From positions 1,228-65,227 of the forward strand of contig LNEW01000220.1 in NCBI GenBank assembly GCA_001464375.1: 64,000 bases of DNA, in the 5' to 3' direction. The position numbers and the translations under genes were made by a program. Below the pieces are notes generated by a model. That model was not told the origin of the DNA and did no database searches. It saw nothing but the letters and a program-made list of their open reading frames with translations. Below are positions 46,422 to 55,290 of this stretch, piece by piece. Origin of the DNA: Rhodospirillales bacterium Ga0074136. Its GTDB lineage: Bacteria; Pseudomonadota; Alphaproteobacteria; Acetobacterales; Acetobacteraceae. Position 1 is the first letter of the stretch; every line of letters begins with the position of its first letter.

Positions 46422-47356
46422 GCGCAGTCTCTCCAGTCGAGGACCATCTTCAGGCAGGCTGGGTCGGTGAAGGCCTGCGCATAGGCCTGCGGGGCACGCT
46501 CGGCGGCTTCCTGGTGCGTCACCAGGCCATCGAGCCGCAGCGTGCCGTTTGCGATCACGTCGCGCGTGGCACGCAGGTCGGGTTCCTGCCATTCGGCCGC
46601 GATGCGGATGCGTGCCTCCCGCATGAAGGCGGGCGGGAAGGAAAAGCCGATGCGGTCGCTGTAGAAGCCAGCGAGGACGATCTCGCCGCCCGGCGCCATG
46701 CGGCTCACCAGCAGGTCGATGATCTCGCTGTCACCGCTGACGTCGTAGATGCTGCGGTAGTCGCGCCGCGCATCGGCGTCGGGGTCCACCACCTCATAGC
46801 CCTGCGCACCATCGCGGCGCGCGGCGTTGCGTTCCCACACGACCGGCGCGCCACCCTTGAGCACCGCGATGCGCGCCAGAAGCCGGCCGAGCACGCCATG
46901 CCCCACGATCAGATCCGGCAGCGCGGCGTGAGGCGCCGCCATGGCATGCCAGGCGGTGGCGGCCAGCGCCAGCAGCACGCCCTCGGCCCCCGTCGCGTCG
47001 TCCAGCAGCACGGCGCGCTTGTCCGGCACAACGAGGCGCGCCGCGGCACCGCCGAACAACCCGCGCACGTCGCCGAAGCAGCGCGCACCGGCCACGAAGA
47101 CCTTCTCTCCGGGGCGTCGCGTGGCCTGGCTGCCCGCCGAGATCACGCGCCCGACCGATTCGTAGCCCGGCACCAGCGGATACCCCATGCCCGGGAAATG
47201 CGGCATGCGGCCCGACCAGAGCAGGCGCTCGGTGCCCGTGCTGATGCCGCTCCATTCCACCGCGACGACGATGTCGTCATCGCCAGGCGGCGTGAGCGTG
47301 AGCCGGCTGAGGACGAGGTCCTCGGGGGCCTTCAGCAGGACGGCGATGGTGTCCAA
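46418..47356 (-). CDS. bchC: 3-hydroxyethyl-(bacterio)chlorophyllide a dehydrogenase
   Basis: 312-aa ORF: ...VEWSGISTGTERLLWSGRMPHFPGMGYPLVPGYESVG...; MDR fold. The start codon in the sequence is TTG (47356..47354), preceded by GGAGGG. Confidence 0.92.
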   Translation of the reverse strand: MDTIAVLLKAPEDLVLSRLTLTPPGDDDIVVAVEWSGISTGTERLLWSGRMPHFPGMGYPLVPGYESVGRVISAGSQATRRPGEKVFVAGARCFGDVRGLFGGAAARLVVPDKRAVLLDDATGAEGVLLALAATAWHAMAAPHAALPDLIVGHGVLGRLLARIAVLKGGAPVVWERNAARRDGAQGYEVVDPDADARRDYRSIYDVSGDSEIIDLLVSRMAPGGEIVLAGFYSDRIGFSFPPAFMREARIRIAAEWQEPDLRATRDVIANGTLRLDGLVTHQEAAERAPQAYAQAFTDPACLKMVLDWRDCA

Positions 47357-47382
47357 ATCGGCCCTCCCTCGAGCGCGTTAGA

Positions 47383-47426
47383 TGTCAGCGTAGAATGACG
47401 TAAATTACTGTCAAGCTATTCTGACA
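47383..47426. promoter_or_regulatory. bchC promoter region with two PpsR/CrtJ-type palindromes 8 bp apart
   Basis: Perfect TGT-N12-ACA at 47409..47426 (TGTCAAGCTATTCTGACA) and a near-perfect one at 47383..47400 (TGTCAGCGTAGAATGACG). Strongly AT-rich gap. TTGACA lies inside the upstream palindrome when read on the minus strand. Same architecture as the Rhodobacter bchC promoter. Confidence 0.75.
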
Positions 47427-47438
47427 CTTTAAAGCGCG

Positions 47439-48590
47439 TCATGCGCCTGACACCGCCAGCACCGCGCGCGTGAGCAGCGGCGTCGGCGTTGACAACAAGC
47501 GACTTTCCGAGAATCCGGCGGCCGCAATCATCCGTTGGATTTCTTCAGGCGTGCGTGGCCGGCCACGCCCCATCGCCAGCAGGTAGAACCCGAAATAGGC
47601 CTCGCCCATCGGCTCGGCGCCGCTGGTGCCGGCCATCGGCTCGGCCAGCAGCAACCGCCCGCCGGGCGGCAGCGCCGCGCGAATCCGCTTCAGAAGGCCA
47701 AGCGCGACGTCGTCGTCATGGTCGTGCAGCACACGCACCAGGGTGATCAGGTCGGCCCCCTGCGGCAGCGCATCCTGCGTGAAGTCGCCGCCATGCACGC
47801 TGGCCCGCGCGCCGAGTCCCGCCGCGGCGAATCGCGCGCGCGCTTCCGCGGCCACCGCCGGCAGGTCGAACAGCATGAGGTCGAGCCGCGGCGCCTCGGC
47901 CGCCACCGCGCGCAGGAAGGCGCCATTGCCGCCGCCCACATCGAGAACGCGCCGATGGCGGTCGAAGCGGTAGGTGGCGAGCACCTCCTCCGCCACCATC
48001 GGCTGGCTCGCCGCCATCAGCGCGGTGTAGTCGCGGATGCGATCCGCGGGCACCGCGCCGGGCTGCTCGGCGCCGGAATAGGCCCAGTAGTCGGACAGCG
48101 CATTGCCGCCACGCGGACGGCGCAACATCGCCACCGGATCCGCCAGGTCGGCGTAGAGCATGGCGTGGTGCTCAACCATCGCCGCGATGCCGTCATTGCC
48201 GATCATCGCCGCGCCGAGCTGCCCCAGCGTCCAGGTCCCATCGGCGCGCCGCGCGGTCAGCTGCAGCGACGCCCCGGCGGCCATCAGGCGTTCCGTCGCC
48301 TCCGGCGTCAGCGACAGGCGCGGCGCGAGTCGGTCGGTCGTCAGCGGCGCTTCCGCCAGGATGGCGAAGACGCGCAGACGCACGCAGGCCAGCAGCACCT
48401 GCGTGTAGACGAAGCCAGCGCAGAGATCGAACAGCGCGCGTGCACGCCGCCGCGCGAAGGGCCGCGTCAGCGGGAACCGCGTCGCCCAGCGGCGAAAGCC
48501 GGGCTTCGATGCGAGGCCCTCGCGGAAGGCGCGGAATCGATCGAGCACCGAGACCTGCGGAGCCGCGCCCAAGGTATCGGCCCCTGACAT
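47439..48590 (-). CDS. crtF: hydroxyneurosporene / demethylspheroidene O-methyltransferase
   Basis: 383-aa ORF. SAM motif VLDVGGGNGAF. crtE-crtF-bchC order. Confidence 0.9.
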   Translation of the reverse strand: MSGADTLGAAPQVSVLDRFRAFREGLASKPGFRRWATRFPLTRPFARRRARALFDLCAGFVYTQVLLACVRLRVFAILAEAPLTTDRLAPRLSLTPEATERLMAAGASLQLTARRADGTWTLGQLGAAMIGNDGIAAMVEHHAMLYADLADPVAMLRRPRGGNALSDYWAYSGAEQPGAVPADRIRDYTALMAASQPMVAEEVLATYRFDRHRRVLDVGGGNGAFLRAVAAEAPRLDLMLFDLPAVAAEARARFAAAGLGARASVHGGDFTQDALPQGADLITLVRVLHDHDDDVALGLLKRIRAALPPGGRLLLAEPMAGTSGAEPMGEAYFGFYLLAMGRGRPRTPEEIQRMIAAAGFSESRLLSTPTPLLTRAVLAVSGA

Positions 48591-48599
48591 GCGGCAGTC

Positions 48600-49466
48600 T
48601 CAGGCCGCCGCCAGCTTCGCCGGCAGCAGGCGGCGCGTCTCGGCCAGGATCAGCCCGCGCAGCATGGTCTGGCCGGGGCAGTCCGGGATCGAGGCCACGG
48701 CGCCATCGGCCAGCATCGCGAGGCGCGCGATGGCGCCCTTCAACCCGAATTCGGCCACCGCGCTCGGGCGCCCGAGCGCCTTGTCTCGGCCGACCGGCTT
48801 GCCGATGGTGGCTTCATCCTCGACCGCGTCACGCAGGTCATCCGCGACCTGGTAGGCCTCACCGAGGCGGTCGCCGAGCAACCGCCAGGCCTCGGCGTCG
48901 GTCGCACCCGCCGCGGCCGCGCCGCCCACGGCGGCAGCGGCGAACAGCGCGCCGGTCTTCTGCCGCTGGTAGTCGGACAGGTTGACCGCCGGCTCGCATT
49001 CCCAGGCCTGGCCGGCGACGATGCCGAACGGCACGCCCACGCCATCGCCCACAGCTCCGATCACATGGCCAAGCCGCTCCGGCGCGCAGGGCGCGGCCCG
49101 GGCCAGCGTCTGGAACGCCAGGATGATCAGCGCATCCCCCGCCAGCACCGCGAGCGGCTCGCCGAAGGCGCGATGCACAGACGGCTTGCCGCGCCGCGTA
49201 TCGGCATCGTCGAAGCAGGGCAGGTCGTCATGCACGAGCGAGGCGCAGTGCAGCAGTTCGATCGACGCAGCCGCCGCACTGGACAGCCCCGGGCGGTCAT
49301 CGCCGCAGGCCATCGCGACGGCGATGGTCAGGCGGGGACGGATGCGCGCACCCTTGGGGAAGACCGCATGGCGCATGGCCGCGGCCAGGCGCGGCGGTGC
49401 GCCCGTGGCCTCGGCAAGAAGGACGGCATCGGCCAGCGTGCTTTCGATGCGGGTCGCGGGATCCAT
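48600..49466 (-). CDS. crtE: geranylgeranyl diphosphate synthase
   Basis: 288-aa ORF. First and second Asp-rich motifs LVHDDLPCFDD and VADDLRD. Confidence 0.92.
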   Translation of the reverse strand: MDPATRIESTLADAVLLAEATGAPPRLAAAMRHAVFPKGARIRPRLTIAVAMACGDDRPGLSSAAAASIELLHCASLVHDDLPCFDDADTRRGKPSVHRAFGEPLAVLAGDALIILAFQTLARAAPCAPERLGHVIGAVGDGVGVPFGIVAGQAWECEPAVNLSDYQRQKTGALFAAAAVGGAAAAGATDAEAWRLLGDRLGEAYQVADDLRDAVEDEATIGKPVGRDKALGRPSAVAEFGLKGAIARLAMLADGAVASIPDCPGQTMLRGLILAETRRLLPAKLAAA

Positions 49467-49555
49467 CGTCTGACCTTCCCCTCCGGCGTGACGACCCCGT
49501 GGCGTCGCCCGGCGACGAGGGCCGAAGCCTGTCGTCGCTTATTGTCGCTTCATAC

Positions 49556-49573
49556 TGTCAACTTAATCTGACA
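49556..49573. promoter_or_regulatory. PpsR/CrtJ-type box upstream of crtE
   Basis: Perfect TGT-N12-ACA: TGTCAACTTAATCTGACA in the AT-rich part of the 275-bp bchJ-crtE gap. Contains TTGACA when read on the minus strand. Confidence 0.7.
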
Positions 49574-49741
49574 GTCGCGTCAACGGCTTTTCCGGCCGCG
49601 ATCGACGAAGCCGCACGTCGGCGCTTCACCCGGAGGCCGCGCAGGGCGGTGCGCCAGCCGGATTGCAAAGGGCCGCGGCATGGCCGCCGGGGGATTCAGG
49701 GTCCGTGAGCGAGATCGTGCCGCGCACGCTGATATCGACTA

Positions 49742-50329
49742 TCAGCGTGCCTCGAAGATGCAGACTGGCGCGCCGCAGGCCTCGCACTCCGTCTCCACAA
49801 CCTGCGTCGCCGGATGCACCAGCGCGCGGAACAGCCCCGCGAAGGTCGCGGCGTAATAGTCGCAGACCGGCGCCTGCGCGTGCACGCCACGCGCGAGCGG
49901 GCCGCCCGCGATGCTGAAGCGCACCGCGCGTCCAGGCAGAACGGCGAATCGTCCGCTGCCGGCGAAGGTCCAGGCATGCCGCCCGATTGCCATCAGCAGG
50001 ATCCGTGCAGCCCATCGCGCGGGCAGGCGCGGCAGCACCTGGCGCATCACAGGCGGGATGCGATGCGCGAGCAGATAGTCCGCGGTACGCCGCCCGGCAT
50101 CCGCGGCGATCACCGCGGCTTGGCCGGCCGGCATCACGCCGCGCAGCGCGGCATGCAGGGCAACGACTTCGCCCTCGTCCACCATGCGCTCGGGAGGGGA
50201 CTCCAACCGCTCCAGGAGCCCCGCGCGGCGGAACACAGCCAGCGTGTCCGCATGTCCCCGCAGCGCATCCAGCGACTCCGCCAGGCGCGTCACGGCATTG
50301 GGGCCGATGCGTGCAGTGGCGCCCGACAT
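49742..50329 (-). CDS. bchJ: bacteriochlorophyll synthesis protein BchJ (V4R domain)
   Basis: 195-aa ORF: RIGPNAVTRLAESL...VALHAAL... with C-terminal Cys cluster CDYY...ECEACGAPVCIFE. Directly follows bchE. Confidence 0.8.
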   Translation of the reverse strand: MSGATARIGPNAVTRLAESLDALRGHADTLAVFRRAGLLERLESPPERMVDEGEVVALHAALRGVMPAGQAAVIAADAGRRTADYLLAHRIPPVMRQVLPRLPARWAARILLMAIGRHAWTFAGSGRFAVLPGRAVRFSIAGGPLARGVHAQAPVCDYYAATFAGLFRALVHPATQVVETECEACGAPVCIFEAR

Positions 50330-50333
50330 CGCG

Positions 50334-51992
50334 TCAGTCCCCCTGCAGCGTGACCCTTTCGCGCGGCGGCGTCATCGCATCCATCTGCGCTTCCGTCAGT
50401 TGATCCGAACCACCGCCACAGGCACGCACCTCGGCATTGGCCGCCGGGATCTTCACCTTCGGGCGATGCATGGTCTTCCACATCGCGTTATGCGGCGCGC
50501 GCGCGGCTTCGGTGGTCAGCGTGCGCGATGCGTCGAAGTGGAAATCGACATTCTTCTTCGACTGAGGCCCCCAGTAGCCGACCTTACCGAGGTCGTAGAA
50601 GGTCCGCTGAAAGCCGGATTTCGCGAAGGCCCACAGGCAGCCCAGCATGTACTTCCGCTTCACCTTGTCGCGGATCCACGGGTAGCCCAGGAAGGTCTTG
50701 CGCAGGTAGAAGCGACGGTAGTTGTGCATGGTGCGATCAAGCAGCGTGGCGCGGTCCATCGCGTCCGGCTTCATGATCGGCGTGACGAAATTGTACTTCG
50801 AGAAGTCGAACACCTCGACCTTGTCGCCGAGTTCCTTGAACAGGTCATTGAACGGCCAGGGCGTGTACATGGCCCAGTTGGCCATGTCCGGATTCCAGTC
50901 GAGCGCCATGCGGTAGGTCTCTTCCAGCGTTTCCGGCGTCTCGTTCTCGAGCCCGACGATGAACTGCGCCTCGGCGACGATGCCGTTCTGGCGCAGCAGC
51001 TGGATCGCCTTCTTATTCTGCGCGACCGTGGTCTCCTTGTTGAAGCGGTCGAGCTTCAACTGTGCCGCGGCCTCAGTGCCCAGCGAGATGTGGATCAGCC
51101 CCGCCTTCCGGTACAGCGGCAGCAGCGCCTCGTCGCGCAGGATGTCGGTCACGCGGGTGTTGATGCCCCACAGCACGGGCAGGTTGCGCTCGATCAGCGC
51201 CTCGCAGAATTCGACGAACTTCTTCTTGTGGATGGTGGGTTCCTCATCCGCCAGGATGAAGAAGCCGACGCCGTGGTTACGCACCAGATCCTCGATCTCG
51301 TCGACGACCTTCTTCGGGTCGCGCACCCGGTAGTCGCGCCAGAATTTCCACTGACTGCAGAAGGAACAGGTGAAGGGGCAGCCGCGCGCGAGGTTCGGGA
51401 TCGCCACGCGCGTGTTCATCGGGATGTAGATGTACTTGGACCAGTCGAGGATGGCCCAGTCGGCGACAATCCGGTCGACCTCCTTGATCGGCGGGCAGGC
51501 GGCGTTCGCCACGACCGTCCCGTCCTCGGCGGCGAAGGCGATGCCCTTCACGCTGGCGCGCTCGGCCGGCCAGCGGCCTTCGTCGATGCAGCGCACCAGG
51601 TCGAGCAGCACCTGCTCGCCCTCCCCGCGCACCACCACGTCGATCCATGGCGCCTCGGCCAGCACCTGCGGGTACATGAAGGTGCCGTGGATGCCCCCCA
51701 GAACCGTGACGGCCTGCGGGCAGGTCTCCTTGGCCAGCTTCAGCAGCGACTCGGCTTCGTAGATCGCGGGCGTGATAGCCGTCGCACCGATCAGGTCGGG
51801 CTTCAGTTCCGCGAGACGATCGCGCACCTGGTCATGCGTCAGGTGGTTCGTCATCGCGTCGATGAAGGTGATGTCGGTGTAGCCCGCAGCCTTCAGGTAG
51901 CCGCTCAGGTAGGCAACCCAGGATGGCGGCCAGCTGCCGGCGATCTCGGCGCCGCCGGAATGGTAGTTCGGATGAATGAGGACGATACGCAT
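50334..51992 (-). CDS. bchE: oxygen-independent Mg-protoporphyrin IX monomethyl ester oxidative cyclase (B12-binding radical SAM)
   Basis: 552-aa ORF: [14 protein letters not shown]... (B12-binding domain) and radical-SAM CxxxCxxC as GCPFTCSFC. Confidence 0.92.
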   Translation of the reverse strand: MRIVLIHPNYHSGGAEIAGSWPPSWVAYLSGYLKAAGYTDITFIDAMTNHLTHDQVRDRLAELKPDLIGATAITPAIYEAESLLKLAKETCPQAVTVLGGIHGTFMYPQVLAEAPWIDVVVRGEGEQVLLDLVRCIDEGRWPAERASVKGIAFAAEDGTVVANAACPPIKEVDRIVADWAILDWSKYIYIPMNTRVAIPNLARGCPFTCSFCSQWKFWRDYRVRDPKKVVDEIEDLVRNHGVGFFILADEEPTIHKKKFVEFCEALIERNLPVLWGINTRVTDILRDEALLPLYRKAGLIHISLGTEAAAQLKLDRFNKETTVAQNKKAIQLLRQNGIVAEAQFIVGLENETPETLEETYRMALDWNPDMANWAMYTPWPFNDLFKELGDKVEVFDFSKYNFVTPIMKPDAMDRATLLDRTMHNYRRFYLRKTFLGYPWIRDKVKRKYMLGCLWAFAKSGFQRTFYDLGKVGYWGPQSKKNVDFHFDASRTLTTEAARAPHNAMWKTMHRPKVKIPAANAEVRACGGGSDQLTEAQMDAMTPPRERVTLQGD

Positions 51993-52065
51993 TCCTGGCC
52001 TCCCGCCGCATCCCTCGCGGCGCGGAACAGGCTGCGGCGGTTCAGGCCCCTCGCGCTTTGCGATA

Positions 52066-52083
52066 TGTCAATCTACGTTGACA
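52066..52083. promoter_or_regulatory. PpsR/CrtJ-type box upstream of bchE, overlapping the crtB stop codon
   Basis: Perfect TGT-N12-ACA: TGTCAATCTACGTTGACA (also TGTCAA-N6-TTGACA). The crtB TGA stop is at 52070..52068, inside the box. Confidence 0.7.
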
Positions 52084-53120
52084 GTTGACACATTGAAGAG
52101 GCGGCGATCGCCCTCGCGGTCGATCTGGTCCATCACCTCCAGCGCCCAGACCAGGCGCGAGCCCCAGCCGCGCGGGATCAGCCCGCGCGGACGGGGCGAA
52201 GCGGCAACCGCGTCGACCAGGTAGGATGCCGCCGCGCAGGGCGGCTCCCCTGCCCCGTGACGGCGCCCGACCAGCGCGCCGGCGGCGCGCGCCAGCAGCA
52301 CCGCCTTGCGCCAGCCCGGCACCACGGCGCGGCGGCTGATGGAATCGAACCCGTTGCGCGCCACCTCGCGGCCGATCTCGGCATAGATCACGCGCGCGGC
52401 GCCGATTCCCGCGCGGCAGTCGCGCGGCAGCAGCGCGATGCCGGCGCCCGCGCGCGCGTAGTGCATGTCGGCCTCCGCCAGGAGCCGCGCGGTCAGCCGC
52501 CCGATCGCCGGCGTGAAGCGAGGCGCCGCCAGGAATTCCTCGGGCGCGATACCTTCCGCCCGCAGCCAGGACAGCGGCAGGAACAGCCTTCCCTCGCGCG
52601 CATCCTCGCCGATGTCGCGCGCGATGTTGGTCAGTTGCATCCCGAGGCCGAGGTCGCAGGCGCGCGCGATCGCGTCGGTGTCGCGCACGCCCATCAGCAG
52701 CGTCATCATCGCGCCCACGGTGCCGGCCACGCGCGTGGCATAGGCTTCGAGAGCGGGCATGTCCTCGTAGCGCCGCCCGACCGCATCCCAGGCGAGGCCC
52801 TCCAGCAGCGCCCCCGGCAAGGTGCGCGGAATGCCGAAATGGTGCACCACCGCGGCGAAGGCGCGATCGACCGGGTCATCCTGCGGATCGCCCGCATAGG
52901 CGGCATCGAGCCGCGCGACCAGGCGCTCCATCGCCGCCTGCTTGCTCTGCGACAGGTCGATCTCGTCGTCCGCGACACGGCAGAAGGCATAGAGCGCGGC
53001 GGCCGGTGCCGCGATCCAGCGCGGCAGCAGCATCGATGCCGCGTGGAAGGTTTTCGACCCACCCGCCAGCAGGTGCCGGCAATGGGCGAGGTCGGACTCG
53101 GCAATCCGGAACCCGGTCAT
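52068..53120 (-). CDS. crtB: phytoene synthase
   Basis: 350-aa ORF: squalene/phytoene synthase motifs YAFCRVADDEID and GMQLTNIARDIGED. ATGA overlap with the upstream DUF3422-like gene. Confidence 0.93.
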   Translation of the reverse strand: MTGFRIAESDLAHCRHLLAGGSKTFHAASMLLPRWIAAPAAALYAFCRVADDEIDLSQSKQAAMERLVARLDAAYAGDPQDDPVDRAFAAVVHHFGIPRTLPGALLEGLAWDAVGRRYEDMPALEAYATRVAGTVGAMMTLLMGVRDTDAIARACDLGLGMQLTNIARDIGEDAREGRLFLPLSWLRAEGIAPEEFLAAPRFTPAIGRLTARLLAEADMHYARAGAGIALLPRDCRAGIGAARVIYAEIGREVARNGFDSISRRAVVPGWRKAVLLARAAGALVGRRHGAGEPPCAAASYLVDAVAASPRPRGLIPRGWGSRLVWALEVMDQIDREGDRRLFNVSTVNVD

Positions 53121-54406
53121 GCTTCCTCCCGTTCCATTCGCCGTCTCACGCGGCGCGTGGCAAAGAACACCGCCGCCGCCACCAGCGGCACGGCCAGGCC
53201 GATCACCACGTCGTCGCGGATCGGCACGCGGCTATCCGACAGCGCCTTGGCGGCATAGGCGATCAGGCCGACGACGTAGTAGGTGATGGCCGCGACCGAG
53301 AGTCCCTCGACCGTCTGCTGCAGCCGCAATTGCTGACGCGCGCGCCGGTCCATCGACGCCAGCAGCGCCTGGTTCTGGCGTTCGCGCGTGAGGTCGACGC
53401 GCGTGCTCAGCAATTGCGTCGCGCGGGCGACGCGTTGGGAGAGCATCTCCTGCCGCTGCGCCATCACCAGGCAGGTGTTCATGGCGGGCGCGAGGCGCCG
53501 CTCGGTGAATTCGCGCACCGTCTGCAGGCCCTCGATGCGGCCCTCGCGCAGGTCCTCGATGCGCTGGCGCACGATCTCGTAATAGGCGGCGGCGGCGGAG
53601 AAGCGGTAGCGGTTGCGCGCCTCCCCGCTCTCGGTCTCGGCGGCCAGGCGCGTCAGCCGGTCGAGCAGCACCGGCTCATCGTTTTCCCCGCACGCGACCA
53701 GCGCATCGGCGACGGCCGCGAGTTCGCGCTCATGCGCGGCAAGCACCGGGGAGAGTTCGCGCGCCAGCGGAAACGCCAGCAGCGCCATGACGCGATAGGT
53801 GTCGATCTCGAGCAGCCGCTGCACGATCCGCCCGGCCTGGCGTTCGCCGGTGCCGCGGTCGATCAGCAGGAACCGGCTGAAGCCGTCGGGCTGGATGCGG
53901 AAATCCGTGATGGCGGTGGCGCGCCCGGCGCTGACCTCGGCACCGATCAGATGGTTGCCGGCAAAGTAGCGCGCCGACAGCGCCGCGAGGTCGAGCGGCG
54001 CACCGTCATCGGCCACCAACGCCACCTGCTGCGCGGCGATGACCCGCCCAGGCAGCGCGGCCAGCCAATCGGCCGGCAGGACGTTCACGGCGGTGGTCGC
54101 GAAGGGGTCCGCCGCCACGCCGCGCACGATCACCATGAAGCGGCTGAATTCGGTGTGGCGTTCCCATTTCAGCCGGAAGGGACCGAAATCGGCGCTGTAA
54201 TGCGCCGCCCCGGCCGGGGGGGGCGGCGCGCCGAAACGCCGCGCGAGGTCCTGCACCGCGGCCAACGCCTGGTCCCGCGGCGCACCTTCCGGGGGGATAA
54301 GCGCGAGGTGCGAAATGCGACTGGGCGGTGTGAGTGCCTCGGGCGGGCGGGCATGGACCTCGTCGTTGAGCTCGGCGCGCAGCGGATGCGAGGGCGGGAT
54401 GCTCAC
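53117..54406 (-). CDS. DUF3422-like membrane-anchored protein (large soluble N-domain, long helical stalk, two C-terminal TM helices)
   Basis: 429-aa ORF, GTG start overlapping the bchO stop (GTGA): MSIPPSHPLRAELNDEVHARPPEALTPPSRISHLAL... matches my memory of the DUF3422/COG4949 N-terminus. C-terminus has GLSVAAITYYVVGLIAYAAKAL and VVIGLAVPLVAAAVFFATRRV. Family assignment not verified. Confidence 0.8.
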   Translation of the reverse strand: MSIPPSHPLRAELNDEVHARPPEALTPPSRISHLALIPPEGAPRDQALAAVQDLARRFGAPPPPAGAAHYSADFGPFRLKWERHTEFSRFMVIVRGVAADPFATTAVNVLPADWLAALPGRVIAAQQVALVADDGAPLDLAALSARYFAGNHLIGAEVSAGRATAITDFRIQPDGFSRFLLIDRGTGERQAGRIVQRLLEIDTYRVMALLAFPLARELSPVLAAHERELAAVADALVACGENDEPVLLDRLTRLAAETESGEARNRYRFSAAAAYYEIVRQRIEDLREGRIEGLQTVREFTERRLAPAMNTCLVMAQRQEMLSQRVARATQLLSTRVDLTRERQNQALLASMDRRARQQLRLQQTVEGLSVAAITYYVVGLIAYAAKALSDSRVPIRDDVVIGLAVPLVAAAVFFATRRVRRRMEREEA

Positions 54407-55287
54407 GGCTCGGCCATCTCCGGCTGCAGCAACCGCAGCAGCAGCGCCGCCGTCAGGTCAGGCCGTTCCTCATGCGCCAGGTGGCCGAGGCCGGGCAACG
54501 TCTCGATGCGCGCCCTGGGCAGGATCTCCTGGACGCGGCGCGCCTTGGCGGGCGGGATCGTCCGGTCGTTGGCGCCGACCACCAACAACAGGTCGGGGGC
54601 CAACCGCGGCAGGTCGCGCAGCAGCGGCCGCAGGTCCCAGTTCGCCATCATGCGCAGCGCGCCGGAGAGATGCCCGGCCCGACGGAACAGCCGCGCGTAG
54701 AGATCGACCCCGCGGGCATCGATGTGCGAGCCGGTGTCGCGCAGCAGCCGTTCCGCCACCTCGCGGTTCGCCGCGCGCCAGGCGAACAGCTTCGGCACGA
54801 AGGGCAGTCCGACCAGCAGCCGCGCGGCCCGGGTGAAGAAGGCGGCGTGCTCACCGCCCAGCGGCGTCAGCGCGCCGTTCAGGCTGACCACGCAGCGCGG
54901 CGCGACGCGACCGTCCAGCACCATGCGCAGCGCCACCGCGGCACCCGCGGAATGCCCCACCACCAGATCCGGCTTGACCTCCAGCGTGGCAAGCAGCGCT
55001 TCGACCAGCCGTGCCATGCCCGGCAGCGCCAGCCCCGGGTCTCCGGGCATGCCGGTGAAGCCATGCCCGGGCAGGTCGGGCGCGACCACGGTAGCGTGCG
55101 GCGCCAGCAGCGGCAGAACGTCGCGCCAGGAATGCGTGGCCGCCGCGGTGCCGTGCAGCAGCAGGACCACCGGCCCCTGCCCCGCCACCTGGACGTGCCA
55201 GTCGATGCCGCCGGCCCGCAGGAAGCGGCTGCACTCCCTGTTCGGCCAGTCGCGGCCCTCGATCGGCCAGGCGGGACGGTCGCTCAT
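54403..55287 (-). CDS. bchO: alpha/beta hydrolase BchO
   Basis: 294-aa ORF following bchD. LLLHGTAAATHSW, nucleophile elbow GHSAGA, C-terminal GLGHLAHEE. Confidence 0.85.
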   Translation of the reverse strand: MSDRPAWPIEGRDWPNRECSRFLRAGGIDWHVQVAGQGPVVLLLHGTAAATHSWRDVLPLLAPHATVVAPDLPGHGFTGMPGDPGLALPGMARLVEALLATLEVKPDLVVGHSAGAAVALRMVLDGRVAPRCVVSLNGALTPLGGEHAAFFTRAARLLVGLPFVPKLFAWRAANREVAERLLRDTGSHIDARGVDLYARLFRRAGHLSGALRMMANWDLRPLLRDLPRLAPDLLLVVGANDRTIPPAKARRVQEILPRARIETLPGLGHLAHEERPDLTAALLLRLLQPEMAEP

Positions 55288-55290
55288 CTC

